Of a DNA stretch of 64,000 nucleotides, positions 44,549 through 55,882 are shown piece after piece (the stretch's first letter is position 1; every line of letters begins with the position of its first letter). The notes beneath the pieces are model-generated. The model saw nothing but the letters and a program-made list of their open reading frames with translations, did not search any database and was not told where the DNA came from. The stretch is from Macrostomum lignano (lineage: Eukaryota): positions 124,001 through 188,000 of the forward strand of contig NIVC01000096.1 of the NCBI GenBank assembly GCA_002269645.1, in the 5' to 3' direction. The position numbers and the translations under genes were made by a program.

Positions 44549-45158
44549 TCAATTCAGTCGGGCGCCAAGTAGAAAAATAACTGAAGAAAAAACACTGGCC
44601 AGTGAATACGTTGACAATAACAACTTGAAAAACCAAACGATGAGCAGAGTCTTGTCATTGTTATCGTCATCGACCTCGTAATCAGAAAGATCAGCCACCT
44701 GGTGGTCGGTGTGCGTGCCTGCTTCAGTCTTGACGTCCTCCGCCTCCAGCTCGTACTCGCTGTCTGTTGACGGTGACTTTTCCCTTAACTCGCGGCTGAG
44801 CCAGTCCGCCTTGCTCCACAGCGCTCGCCACAGACGGGGTGGGGTGTCAGTGCGAATGAGTTTCGCCGCAGAAAATCTTCCGTGCAATTCTTCCGAGCCG
44901 CTTCAGCCAGATTGTTCCCCGCCTGACTTCCACGTGCTTGTCGAAGCCAAGTTTGGCGGTGACGCTGTGCCGGTTGATTGCCGAGTGCCCAATTTGGCGC
45001 CTTAGTTGCTTGAGTTTCTCCCACTGGAAAGAGTTCAAGTTGAAGCCTGGGATGCCCGGCTTCAGCTCTCCTTCAGCAGTGTAAAAACGCCGAATTGCGA
45101 TAAATCGGTTGCCCTCGTACTCTTGTACCTGCACTTTGAATCCGTCGCAAAGATCCAT
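44549..45158 (-). pseudogene. Polinton-2 PC4/Sub1-like gene; frameshift at about 44880, truncated tail
   Basis: MDLCDGFKVQVQEYEGNRFIAIRRFY...LKPGIPGFNLNSFQWEKLKQL...KLGFDKHVEV...PRLWRALWSKADW, clearly orthologous to 18301-19032. Confidence 0.85.
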
Positions 45159-45241
45159 TATTTTGGAAATTCAAGCGTCAGTGTTGATTTTCCTGATTTT
45201 TATTGTCCTCTTTCTAATTCAGAATCAGTTCAAAATCGCCC

Positions 45242-45249
45242 CTTTTATA
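45242..45249 (-). promoter_or_regulatory. Candidate TATA box of the Polinton-2 PC4-like gene
   Basis: Minus-strand GAGGGTATAAAAG at an equivalent distance from the ATG as in Polinton-1. Confidence 0.55.
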
Positions 45250-48200
45250 CCCTCGATGGGGGGGTGGGTTACACAGGGGGGTTGAGTTTAACATCAACAT
45301 CAATTAAATCATATTGAAGTGCTTTAATAGATGCGTCAGAGTTGAACTAACACATACTACTCAAAGCTATCTGCATTTGAGCATAAGCTGCTGTATGTGC
45401 CTATAGCTGTGTTGGTGTCATTAATTAGAAATTCTGTCTTGAAATTCTGCTTACTTCAAATATACTACACATACTACTAATAGACACCATCTAGCCGGTA
45501 ATATTCGTGTCAGTCACTGAAGTTCGCTTAAAGGATTCTTTGGCCGCTACCGCAATGCAAGGCGACAGTCAACCCGGCAGCCAGCAGTCATCCCAGCTCC
45601 GCTGACTCCCTGAGCACCCCAGGCGCTCAGACAGGGTGTACATCGGGCCTGACTGTCTCGCTGTCAGGCAGGGTGCACATCTTGCGTGTCGACCTCCACT
45701 GTCACAAGTTAGAGAGTCACCTACTCATGCATTTCTCACTCCAACCTTCAGTCACCTGAATATAATAGTATGAAAGTAATTGTGAGCAGCAAATTCCATC
45801 GATCAGAAACTGAGCAAAGATCAAAAATGCACCGCTCCATCATTTTTATTCAGCCAAACCAAAATAGCAGCTAAATTGGTTGCTGTGTCTGCTTAAACTG
45901 CTTGAAAATACGCTCGTACTATTGATAAATTCTGTTTTTAACTTAGCAGCAGGACAATGGCTAAACAGTATGAATGCGGCTGGCACACAACATGCGGCAT
46001 CTTCAATGAGCCCTAGCAACAGAACTGTTTACATTGGATACGACACTTTTGAATGCACCGAGACGGTTCAATGAGAAAGCGGGAAGTTTTTAAATTGATT
46101 CTAGAGGTGAAAGAGTCCATGGATGAAGGAGTCTGGGGATAAAGGATTATGGGGATAAAGGATTCTGGGTATGAAGGAGACTGTGGTGGAGTCTGGAGAC
46201 TGAAAAAGGAGTCAAGGAATGAAGGTGTTTGGAGATAATGGAGTCTGGCAGATAAAACATGCTGGAGACAAAGGAGTCTGAAGGAGCCGGAGACAAGTGA
46301 TGAAGAAAGCTGAAGATGAAGAAGTCTGGATATGAAGGAGTCTGAGGATGAAGGTGTTGGAGGATGAATGAATTCATCCATTTCTATGTGGAATGAGAGC
46401 AGTGGACCGGGTGAGTCTGTAGCAGTTATTATATTCGTTGTCGTCGTACTTTTCCCTTCGTTGCCCTTCCTATCTACGGCCAAAAAAATGATTGGCCCGG
46501 CCAAAGAAATGAAAAAAGCATTGAACCATAGACAGACACGGCCCAGCCAAGTGGGGAAGAAATATTCTAGAGCGCCATTAACCAAATATATAAAATTGTA
46601 GCAACCAGCTACAAGTGGTAGCAGATCGTGGGCCCGAGCCTCGCACTCTGATATGTGTGGCATCATGCACAATCGGAGCAACACGGCTTGCACAGCCAGC
46701 TGTCAAGCAACAGGCGACATCACCACGCGACCTTGCAGTTCATCTTTCCGTTTTCATGCCACTAGACGCACGTTTTTCCCAATTTTCTTTTGTGGCTTTT
46801 CCTTTGCGGCAAGACTAGTACAACTAGTTCCCCTGTCCTACCCCGCCGACCGATCCCGGACTCGTGATTAACCCGCTTACCGCTGCCGCACGCCCAACGC
46901 CACCACCGGAGCTGACTATACGTACGCTGTCTCCTGACCTGGCTGGCACCCGGCTTCGGCACTGACGCGTCACATCACCCTCTGCCCATCATCTGGCAGG
47001 AGGCCCAGCTTTGTGCATATAAGTTTCCTAGTTGGCCGCAAACTAAGAACCTTACATATGATTAATAGTAACTCAAACGAGGTAGAATATGCTTGGATGT
47101 TATTTACCGATCAACCATATAATTATATTTACTACTGCATTTTCAACGTTTGTATTAATAAGTAAATAAGCAAATAAGCGAGCTACAAGCAGGGAGAATA
47201 AGTCTAAGACACTACGGTATAACTAAGCTACTCAAATACTTCTATTAATCTATTATATATATATATATATAAATTACGCCTATCTACCTGGTCTGAGACC
47301 GATACGCTACTATTCATAAATCTATAGTCATGGCAGTGCTCAGTCTTACCCTCCGGTCACAGGTGTCTGCAGAAGCGGTCGTCGTGATTTACAAACTATT
47401 AAGCAATCCAAAAGTTAATACAAGGCGTGTAAAAAGAGAGTGAAAAGAGAGTGAGAAAAGTAAAGTTTTAGACATTTAACCCCTCGCTTATTTATCGTAA
47501 ATTTCCCCGATGAAGTCCTTGTGAAACTGTCTGCGTTATCATTTCCCACGTCTTCCAGCCACCGCGCAATTCCGGCCGATTCTCACGGTTCCCCTTTCTC
47601 GTGCGATTTCTGAAATGTCTGTTAAAAATGTAATTGAACCCCGCCCCACATAAAGGCATACAACCCCTCTAAAGTGGAAGCAGACTTTTAGGGCGGCCTG
47701 CACTCGCCCTTTGCAATGCCGTCATCAAGCACTTGTGGCTTTTTGTAAGAGTGCAGCTGTCCACAACTGCTACACTCCACCACGCTCTGATAACAATGCA
47801 ATTCCCTAATTTCCTAAATCCTAAGTCCTATTCCTAATAGTTCCTACGATAGTCCCTAAATATCGGTTGATTACCATCCTTATAGTGCAGCGTACACCGC
47901 TCTACCGAAGCCATCATGCATCATGACACGCAATTCACCCAGTAAAGAAGCGCGAACTGATGCAATATTTTGCATCAGTGCAACTGTGTGTTGCAACTGA
48001 TGCAATCACAATATTTAGCACTTTAATTTACAAACTTTAGACCGACTGTTTGAACCTTTATTATTTGCTCCACATTTTATAATCTTGAAAAGCCAACCGC
48101 ACTTGTCATTCCGATTCTAGATGGGGGGAGTATCTTATATCAGATATTATATTCGTTGTCAGCACAGCACTATAGACAGCACAGTACACTGCTAGCCCCG

Positions 48201-48379
48201 AGTTACATGTACGAGTAAGACAATAAATATACTCGCCTCGGGGTGCTATTAACCAAAGCAACCAGCTACGAGTCACACAAGGCTGGGGTGTTGCTAAGAC
48301 ACACAGGGCTAGGGTGCTGCTAAATCCTGATTTTCGGTCAATATTTCGCTGCTCTGAGTGCACACTCGCGTTGTGATGC

Positions 48380-48630
48380 AGGCGAAGGCCGCGGATTCGG
48401 GCCACTCTCGATAGCACTGTTCACCTCCTCATCGACTGCCCGAACTACGAGCTATAATCAACCGGCTCGTAGCCAGGTCTGGAGAGGTGGTTGTATCGGC
48501 ACCGACGACATTTTTAGCCTCATTTGCCGCTACCTTCGCAGTGTGGTGGGCTGCACGGATCCGCCCACTGACGATCCTGGCGGACAGACGGCCCCGCCCC
48601 TTGCCCGCTCAATGTAATCAAATCTACTGT
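48380..48630 (+). mobile_element. 3' fragment of a non-LTR retrotransposon
   Basis: LDSTVHLLIDCP (HLLxxCP C-terminal knuckle) followed by a GC-rich 3' UTR and an AATCAAATC-like tail. Confidence 0.45.
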
Positions 48631-49285
48631 TAAAAGATAAGTGAACAGTAAGAAAAACACGAAGTCAAAAGATAAGTGAAGAAGTATTAAAATATTTTCA
48701 AGTTTCAAGTCATGCTAAAATTTTTAATTATAACATCTTAAGATAGCTTGCTTATACGCTTGTACCTGCGTTGTACAGGAAATTGAGGAATTCACAGGTA
48801 AATGCAAAGACAAGGTAAAAGTATCGATCTTTTAACATCTGTACGTAACATCGCTTCGGCTCTTGCGCGTTTTGCCTGTCTGTTTTAGCGCATCCTGCGA
48901 GCGTATTATACAGAAGCAGTTCGCACCTGCATGCACCTACATTTAATTGCGTCTTTCGCATAGTGCATCCGATAAACAATTAGGGACAGATGGAGTTACC
49001 AATCTTGAGAGTTTCAATATATATACTCGTATATATAGACGTCAAGTAGATTGTGCAATAGGAGAATAACAGCATAGTGCCGTTCCATATCCGGTAGAAT
49101 GATACTGGCATCCAACAAGTGAAGCGGCTCTACATTCGGCAAGCTTTAATATACACGAGCTGCACGAAAGCTGGCAATTTGTAAGCCTAATACTGAGCAT
49201 TTCGTTTGTACTGGTATTGGTCTTATTGAGATTTGTAGCGACCTGCTGTGTTTAGCCCCAATATTTACTTGGTCTAGGGTCTCTC

Positions 49286-49428
49286 CAGAGGCGTAGCCAG
49301 AAATTTTTCACGGGGGGATACAACTGGTGAGACAACAAGGTAGCTTTCATAAAAATCATGCCCCCCACACGGACCCCACAGCACCACGGCGGGGGATATA
49401 TCCCCTTATCTCCCATGCCACGCCACTG
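49286..49428. mobile_element. Short hAT-type MITE
   Basis: TIR CAGAGGCGTAGCC / GCCACGCCACTG; flanks GGTCTCTC / AATCTCTC (6/8 match). Confidence 0.55.
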
Positions 49429-51149
49429 AATCTCTCCCCAGCTTTTCGACAATTAAAAAGCGTACTAAGTACTTGTAAAACATGAAACAGAATTTTTTTA
49501 AATCTACATGTATATGACTAAATATTTTACTAAAATTATGGTTTCTATGGAATATGGAATTCTATGGAATTTTTCTGGTGAATATAGTTAGCATTTTAGT
49601 GCTAAAAAGTTTCTTGCATCAATTTAGCATCAGCATAAAGTTAGTTTGTGAGTGACTCGATCACTGCGGTGTGAATGTGCTGACCATTTTACTGCAACCG
49701 ATCAAGTGTGATACGAGCGTATATTGACGGAGACAATTGTTATCGTAAAGCAGGTGATCCTATATTACGGAAATGCGAGCATAGCCCCTATCCTAAACCG
49801 AAGTTCCAACTCGCGAGACAAAGAGAGTCTTCCCAGTCTCGGAGCTCATCACTTTGCAAAGTTAACTAATGTTTCTGCTATGGACAAAAAATAAAGCAAT
49901 GGTCCAAAAACATCAAATTGCATGCACCTTGCCTGTTTCCATGCATCATGACCAGTCAAAACAATCGAAACTTAAGTACAGACTCGGAATTAGCTTAGGA
50001 AGCTCGGCTGGGGAGCCCCATCTGCCTACAGCCTCACACCTTGCTCTCTGAAAATTCAGTGATCACTTACCGGTGCGGGCTCTTCTTCTTTGTTGTGCAG
50101 GTTCTCCAAGCTCGTTTTTCCAAATCTTCTTCCTCCGGAGTAGTCTTTGAGTTCTAAAATCGGCTGAATATGAGAGCGTAACAATTTAATCCGTCGACGT
50201 CGAAGTATTCCACGAGTTCAGAAATCAATACATCAGAGATGCGCCCTAATAACAAAGTCAGCTCTATAACAATGTCGAGGTCTTCCAGGAAGGGCGTATT
50301 CTTCTAGAAATAACGGAATCGGAGTCGTGTGCCCTATCGGTTGCTCTAGGGTACCAAACTCAATCAAATCAATGATCCTTCAAGAGTATTGGAATCGGTC
50401 AGCAGATCCTATTCAATCCCTTAGGAATAGGGAGGCCTCAAATTCAATAAACTCAGTAAAATCAACTGATCAGTAACGGCTGGCAATAAAACCGCTCTCA
50501 ATAATCAAATAACGAAGACTCGAACAAAGACTTACCGAACGGTATCTACTTCTCTCAGAAATGTAGCCTCGTAGTTCTTGGGTGTTCTCAAGTCCTCTTG
50601 AGGTTGTTCCGAGTCTGAGATTAGCTCGGATTTTTCGCTTGTATTTATAGTCAAATTTTGCGAAATATAAATAGCCGCATAATTTATCTTTTCGGTATAA
50701 ATACTCGTAGTAACATGATTCCTCTTTTGTTATAAATAGTAATATGATTCATAGTTTTCGATAAAAATAGTAACCTGACTCACAGTTTAAATTTTGCTGC
50801 ACGTGTTTGCATTGGTCTACTTACTGTAGCATTTTATGAACAATAATACTCTACAGCTAATTCAACCAAATGCAACCAAACTTGTCCTGCACAATCAAAG
50901 TCCAGCTCAATCCGTCACTCACAGCTCATCAGCAGATGTCAAGCAGCAGAGTCGGATTTAGAATTATAAAATAGAGGGCAGGATTTTAGCCATGAGTGGG
51001 AGCGCCATAATACATTAGCGAAGCGCCATACTGAGAAAACTGAGGGCGGTGAGGACCTTTTTAGGGTAAAGGAAAAGGGGCGCCATCATCGCCAGCCACA
51101 ATGCGCCCCCCGCCCTAAATCCGTCACTTCCAGTACCACTGTTTAGCAA

Positions 51150-53870
51150 CTGAACCATCAGACTTGGCTAGCGTTGTCTATGTATGTTTCAAACCAGATC
51201 AGTCCAGTGCACCGCTAGCATGGTGATAGCAATCTTTACAATAGGAAGTGGCGGGCTGAAATGCGTTTGATAAACAATTGTATGTGATTCTCATCAAGTT
51301 GCAGCTCAGTTGGGAATTGCGCACTCCTGCTGAAGTGCTGTTGCATTTCCGGCCCGCAAAGTCTCTCTCACGCCCAGCGAGTGAGCACAGTTGATTGCAC
51401 CCGGGGCAGCGCTGCACAAATTGAGCGACATTATGCTAGGCTGCATCCCAGGCCAACAACATGTGTAAATCCATCAAGTCTATCTCAATGACAATCATTC
51501 TGACGTCAATAACGGGCGATTCGAAAGTCACTAAGTTGATTGCTTCAAATGTTTTTCTGTCAACTGTGCTTGTCTCGAAGAAAGCGTCAACATGCGGAAT
51601 GCTGCTATAACATGCATACTGTATATGGTAGTCGAACTGCATCAGGTACATCGCCCAGCGGCCGATTCGTGCACATACATATGCTTCTCTCTTTTAGCTA
51701 TTCCACTAATGCCACTAAGTTGTTACAGGGCTAAACTTCTCTCTATTAAATCCCGCAGTTTAGTTACCAAATTTGTACTAGGGTTACTTCTTATTGCTGA
51801 TCTTATTGGTTATTACTTGTCTATTTACTGGTAGCTTATGTACTTTCTGGCTTGAGCGGTTTTTAGGCACTGTCTATCCTATCCCTATACTCCTCTAAAG
51901 ATTTTATTCTCTCAGTCCTGGGCGTTCCCGGAATCAGAGGGTCACAGCTTATTTGCTGGGTATTCTGCCCTGAGGCGGGTTTCTCAGAATCTGAGTCTGG
52001 ATTTCTTTACCCTGTGGTAGGATCTCTGCCTTTCTAAAGGCGATTTCTCAGATTCTAGATCTGGATGTCTCGTTCCTTAATAACGGATTGAATTCTCCCA
52101 GTCTTGGGGTCTCTAATGCTTCTAAATAACTAAGTCAGTAAGTATTGATCAAGCTTCAATTCGAGATACTAGAACAGATTATAAGCCCAAAGCAAGAGGC
52201 GAGTCGGCGAGTTGTTTCTTCTCCTGCTAACAGCTCGTGTATTTATACTCTTTTTCAGCGAGTTTTTAAACAAATAGAATTTCGTAATATTTACGAGATT
52301 TACAATATTACTGATATTATACTCGTTAAAACAAAATGGCCTAATTTCAAATGCGATACTTTCTAGGAAAACGATGCTTAATAATAAAGCCTATTTCACA
52401 TATAATGAAATACCAGAACCAAATAAACACAGAAATGGTTGATGGTCGGTACGGATCGTGAAGTGTCGGTCGTGGAAGCAGTGTTTCAGACGTGCAATCG
52501 CGCAAACTATTGCCAGAGCTTCGCGCTCGATGTTTGAGTAGTTGGCCTCAGCCGAAGACGAGCTGCGTGACACGCATATGACGGGGTGGCCATCTGGCGT
52601 TACCACGGCGGCGAGCATTGTCAGCAGGTGCACACTCATGGTGAAATTTCTCGACCAGGCTATCACCGGGTTGTATGCCTGCAGCAGAGATCTGAAAAGC
52701 CTAAAAACGAGGTGGACTTACTGTAGCTTTTCGATTTTTTAGATTTCGATTTCGATTCTTTGGTAGTCACGTGCTCCTCAATGAGTCGCGTCCGGACGAC
52801 AGAAAGACGCTTTTCTAGGGCCGTCTTGTCTGGTGCGAAAACGAAAATGTCGTCCTGGTAGATCAGCAAACCTTAGAATGGACTCAATTGTTCTTTGAAA
52901 ATGGAAGAGGTGCTTTTCTTGCCCAGTTGCAACCTATTTACTTATTTAGAGCCCACGGGACGTGTTGATAACTGACAGATCTCTAGCTTTTTTGTCTAGC
53001 TTAATCTAACAGTTTGAGGAACGCTGGTCGACTGTGGCAAATGTCTTGGCATTCTGCAGTTTCAAGAACATGGTCTTCACGTGTGGAATCGGATACAAGT
53101 CTGATTTGACCTTTGAGTTGGCAGGAATACACACTCTACATGTAGTCTACACACATCTGTAGTGATCCATTATTTTTCCCACCCCTAGGATGACGCCTAA
53201 TTGGTGAAGACGGGCTAGTTCAGCGTTGATATGGTTTTCCAATATGGTCAATGGAAATGGGCGGGTGCAACAGAATTGTGGTCGAGCACCACAAACGTCG
53301 CAGCTTCGATCGAATGTAAGGGTTTGGTGAGACGAAGTACGGTCGTAGGTTGCGGGCAAAGTCCTTGCGGTCCTCTTCATCAGCACGGGTCGAGAAGCTG
53401 CTGATTTGCAAACAAACCAAAATGGTTCTTCTTTCCGCACTTAGAACAGACAGGTCTTGCCGCAATATCGACAACCTGTGATTTTTCCACTAGTGCTGCC
53501 TCTGTTAGGTCGAAGTGACTGAGTTTAATGGAGGGTCGATCCATTAGATAGGATTGGATTGGGTAGAAAATTTGCAGAAATAGAAAGACTTGATGTGTTC
53601 CTTATTACCAGACCTTCTCGGTAATAAAAGAACACTCACTTCTAGCTCTTTAGCTAGGCAACCCAGTAAATCAAATGAAGGTATTTAACTACCTTGAGTC
53701 CGGATTTGGAGATCTCTTCCGTGCGTCGTTCTCTTCTCGTGTAGTTCTCGCGAGTTTAGACTCTTGCAGTCTTGCTGATCAGCTTCTTGTTCTGTTGCCT
53801 GGTCCGGTGTTCTTCTTTGTTTCGCGCCGGCCGGTATCTGTCGTTCGGACCAATAGGAAGCTTCCAATTA
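51150..53870 (-). pseudogene. Heavily degraded Gypsy pol with an intervening LTR-like segment (about 51721-52400)
   Basis: LIYQDDIFVF (RT); YSNIEREALAIV...TDHQPF (RNase H); LMQFDYHIQY...SIPHVDA; C..CNQ (integrase Zn). Many stops and frameshifts. Confidence 0.75.
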
Positions 53871-55882
53871 ACAATGGGATCCCTGAGCCAAACTGCGGTA
53901 TAAAACAAGCCTACTCCTTCTAGCAGTGCCTTAAAACACTCTAGGCAAAGCTCCGGAAACCACTGATAGACTTCTAAGATCTATCAGGGGCAGTCCTTCT
54001 GGAGGATTTGTTGGCTCCGGGTCCGCTTCGGACCACTTGTATTTATAGTGTTTCGGACCCTCTTGAGGTCACTGGGTGCTCGCTGGGTGCATTTTCTTTA
54101 AATGCCAAAGGTTCAGGTACTGGCGGCTGTCAAGCATGACAGGGCAGAAAGTTGCGCAACTAGTCTACTGTAAACGCGAATGATTGGTTACCGTAGCTGG
54201 TATTTTTTGTGGCATTTGATTGGTTCATCCGGGTGCAATCCCAGTGCAAGTCAAATGATGAATCGCAGGTGGAGTTTGAATTGACAATTGTGGTCATACA
54301 TGATTGGTTGGTTACTAAAAATAGAATGACCGACTTTTCGCTTTTCTGATTGGTTAATAAAAATGTATGTGTGACTCATTGCTTATTTTTATACATGCTA
54401 CTTGCTATATTACTATGTAAGTAGTACGTTGACAATTTTTATGCATTTTTGAGGGAGACTGAATACTCTACAGACTCTCAAAAGTCGCCATCGCCCAGAA
54501 AGCCCCTGAGAAGCAAATGAGGCTTTGCAAATGAAGTTCAGCCTGCGCTTTCGGATCTTTTTTTGACATTTTCCACGAGGACGCCTTGTCACTGATGACT
54601 AATGAGGAGGACAAATCTTTGTAGCTGTCCTCTACGTACGCTTCTGAGTTAAAGCTCCACTGCCCATGCGTGCTCCTGCCAATGACAGTCGCTTCCTGCA
54701 GCTCACCTCTGGTTTTCAATTCGAGAAACCACTACCTTGCGTATGGTGTCTATTTAAACAGCGAACGAACGGAGACGACAACAAAGCGCAATTGGCCGAT
54801 GGTTTGTAGAACACAAAGTGACGAGAACGAGCGGTGGAGCGCTAAAACAAGCAGTAGGCCGCAGAAAAGGCGGGGCAAAACTTATATAGACCACCGTACC
54901 AGAAGTAAAATGGAGGGGGCGAGCCTAACTCTGAGGCCTCTGGTGGCTTATCGGCCCACCAGCCAATGCGAGCGGCCCAGGGTGTGGTGGGGCAAGGAGG
55001 GAGGGATTGGGAAACGAGGGTGGGGTGGGGCAAGCGCACAGATTGGATAGGGGACAGACTTGGTGCAGAAAAAAGGGTTAGGCCAGGGTTGAAGCTTACG
55101 CCTCTCAGCAAACCCTGACACGGGCGCGAGAATGGGATGGGTGGGGCGGCATAAAAACACGTAAACAAAAGGACAACAGAAGGGCGGGCAGACTGAAAGG
55201 GCGCGGCACAACAATATTAAAAGAAGTTGACTTTAAACTATTCATATGAGAAAGACTCTTTATCATTATGATGTAACAGCGTTCAGGCCCTCTTTATGTT
55301 CCCCAAGTTCGTCAAGCGTGATCCTAACACTGGATATCCTATGTGGGGCAGGAAACAATATGGGGCAGCGAAGTTCGTAGCCCGTAGCCGGCTGGGAGCC
55401 CGGTCTCTTTAGGGAAGTTTCCTCGGATGTATGACGTACTTTTACGCAGGTGACTTGTGGCGGGCACGCCTATAGCGTATTCCACACCCTGGAGCTGTTA
55501 GTTAAGTTCAAGGGACCTTGGCAACTCAGTCATAACACAAGCTACAAACTATTAAGTGAGGAAAGTAGGAAATTAATTTCTAAAAGTAAATGTTGAAACT
55601 ATGAATAAATATTTTCATTCAGTCTGAAAACTGAAGCAGAATTGCACTTCTAGTGCACTAATATAAATAGACTGCAGAGGACTGACCAAAGCTAAAATTT
55701 CGGGCTTGTAGCTGCCTTCTTTAGTGAGAGTATTACTTTTAATTTTTTTACGAGTCAACTTGACTCCTCAAGCTCAAAGCAAATACTCAACTCATAGGAA
55801 AAGTTATGAAATGATGAGAGTACTTATAGAGGAAAAAATAAAGCCTAACTACAACTGCAACTGCTTTTTCAAATGCAGGTCA

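Larger units (their letters stand above)
29873..45361. mobile_element. Internally deleted (non-autonomous) Polinton-2 carrying nested insertions
   Basis: Perfect 30-bp TIR AGTAGTATGTGTTAGTTCAACTCTGACGCA at 29873 and ending 45361; 6-bp TSD CAAAGC (29867-29872, 45362-45367); homologues of Polinton-1 ORF1 (left) and PC4 gene (right). Confidence 0.92.

Noticed and set aside
46013-46693. 226-aa ORF with a hydrophobic segment
   Set aside because: Largely low-complexity degenerate GGAGTCTG/GATAAAGG repeats with no homology cues.
51721-52400. Solo LTR with defined TSD
   Set aside because: TG...CA ends and a TATA-like motif are present but no matching TSD was found; kept only as part of the Gypsy debris.
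54468-54719. 83-aa ORF that looks like a coding exon
   Set aside because: No recognisable motif, paralogue or consistent splice partners, so it cannot be supported.
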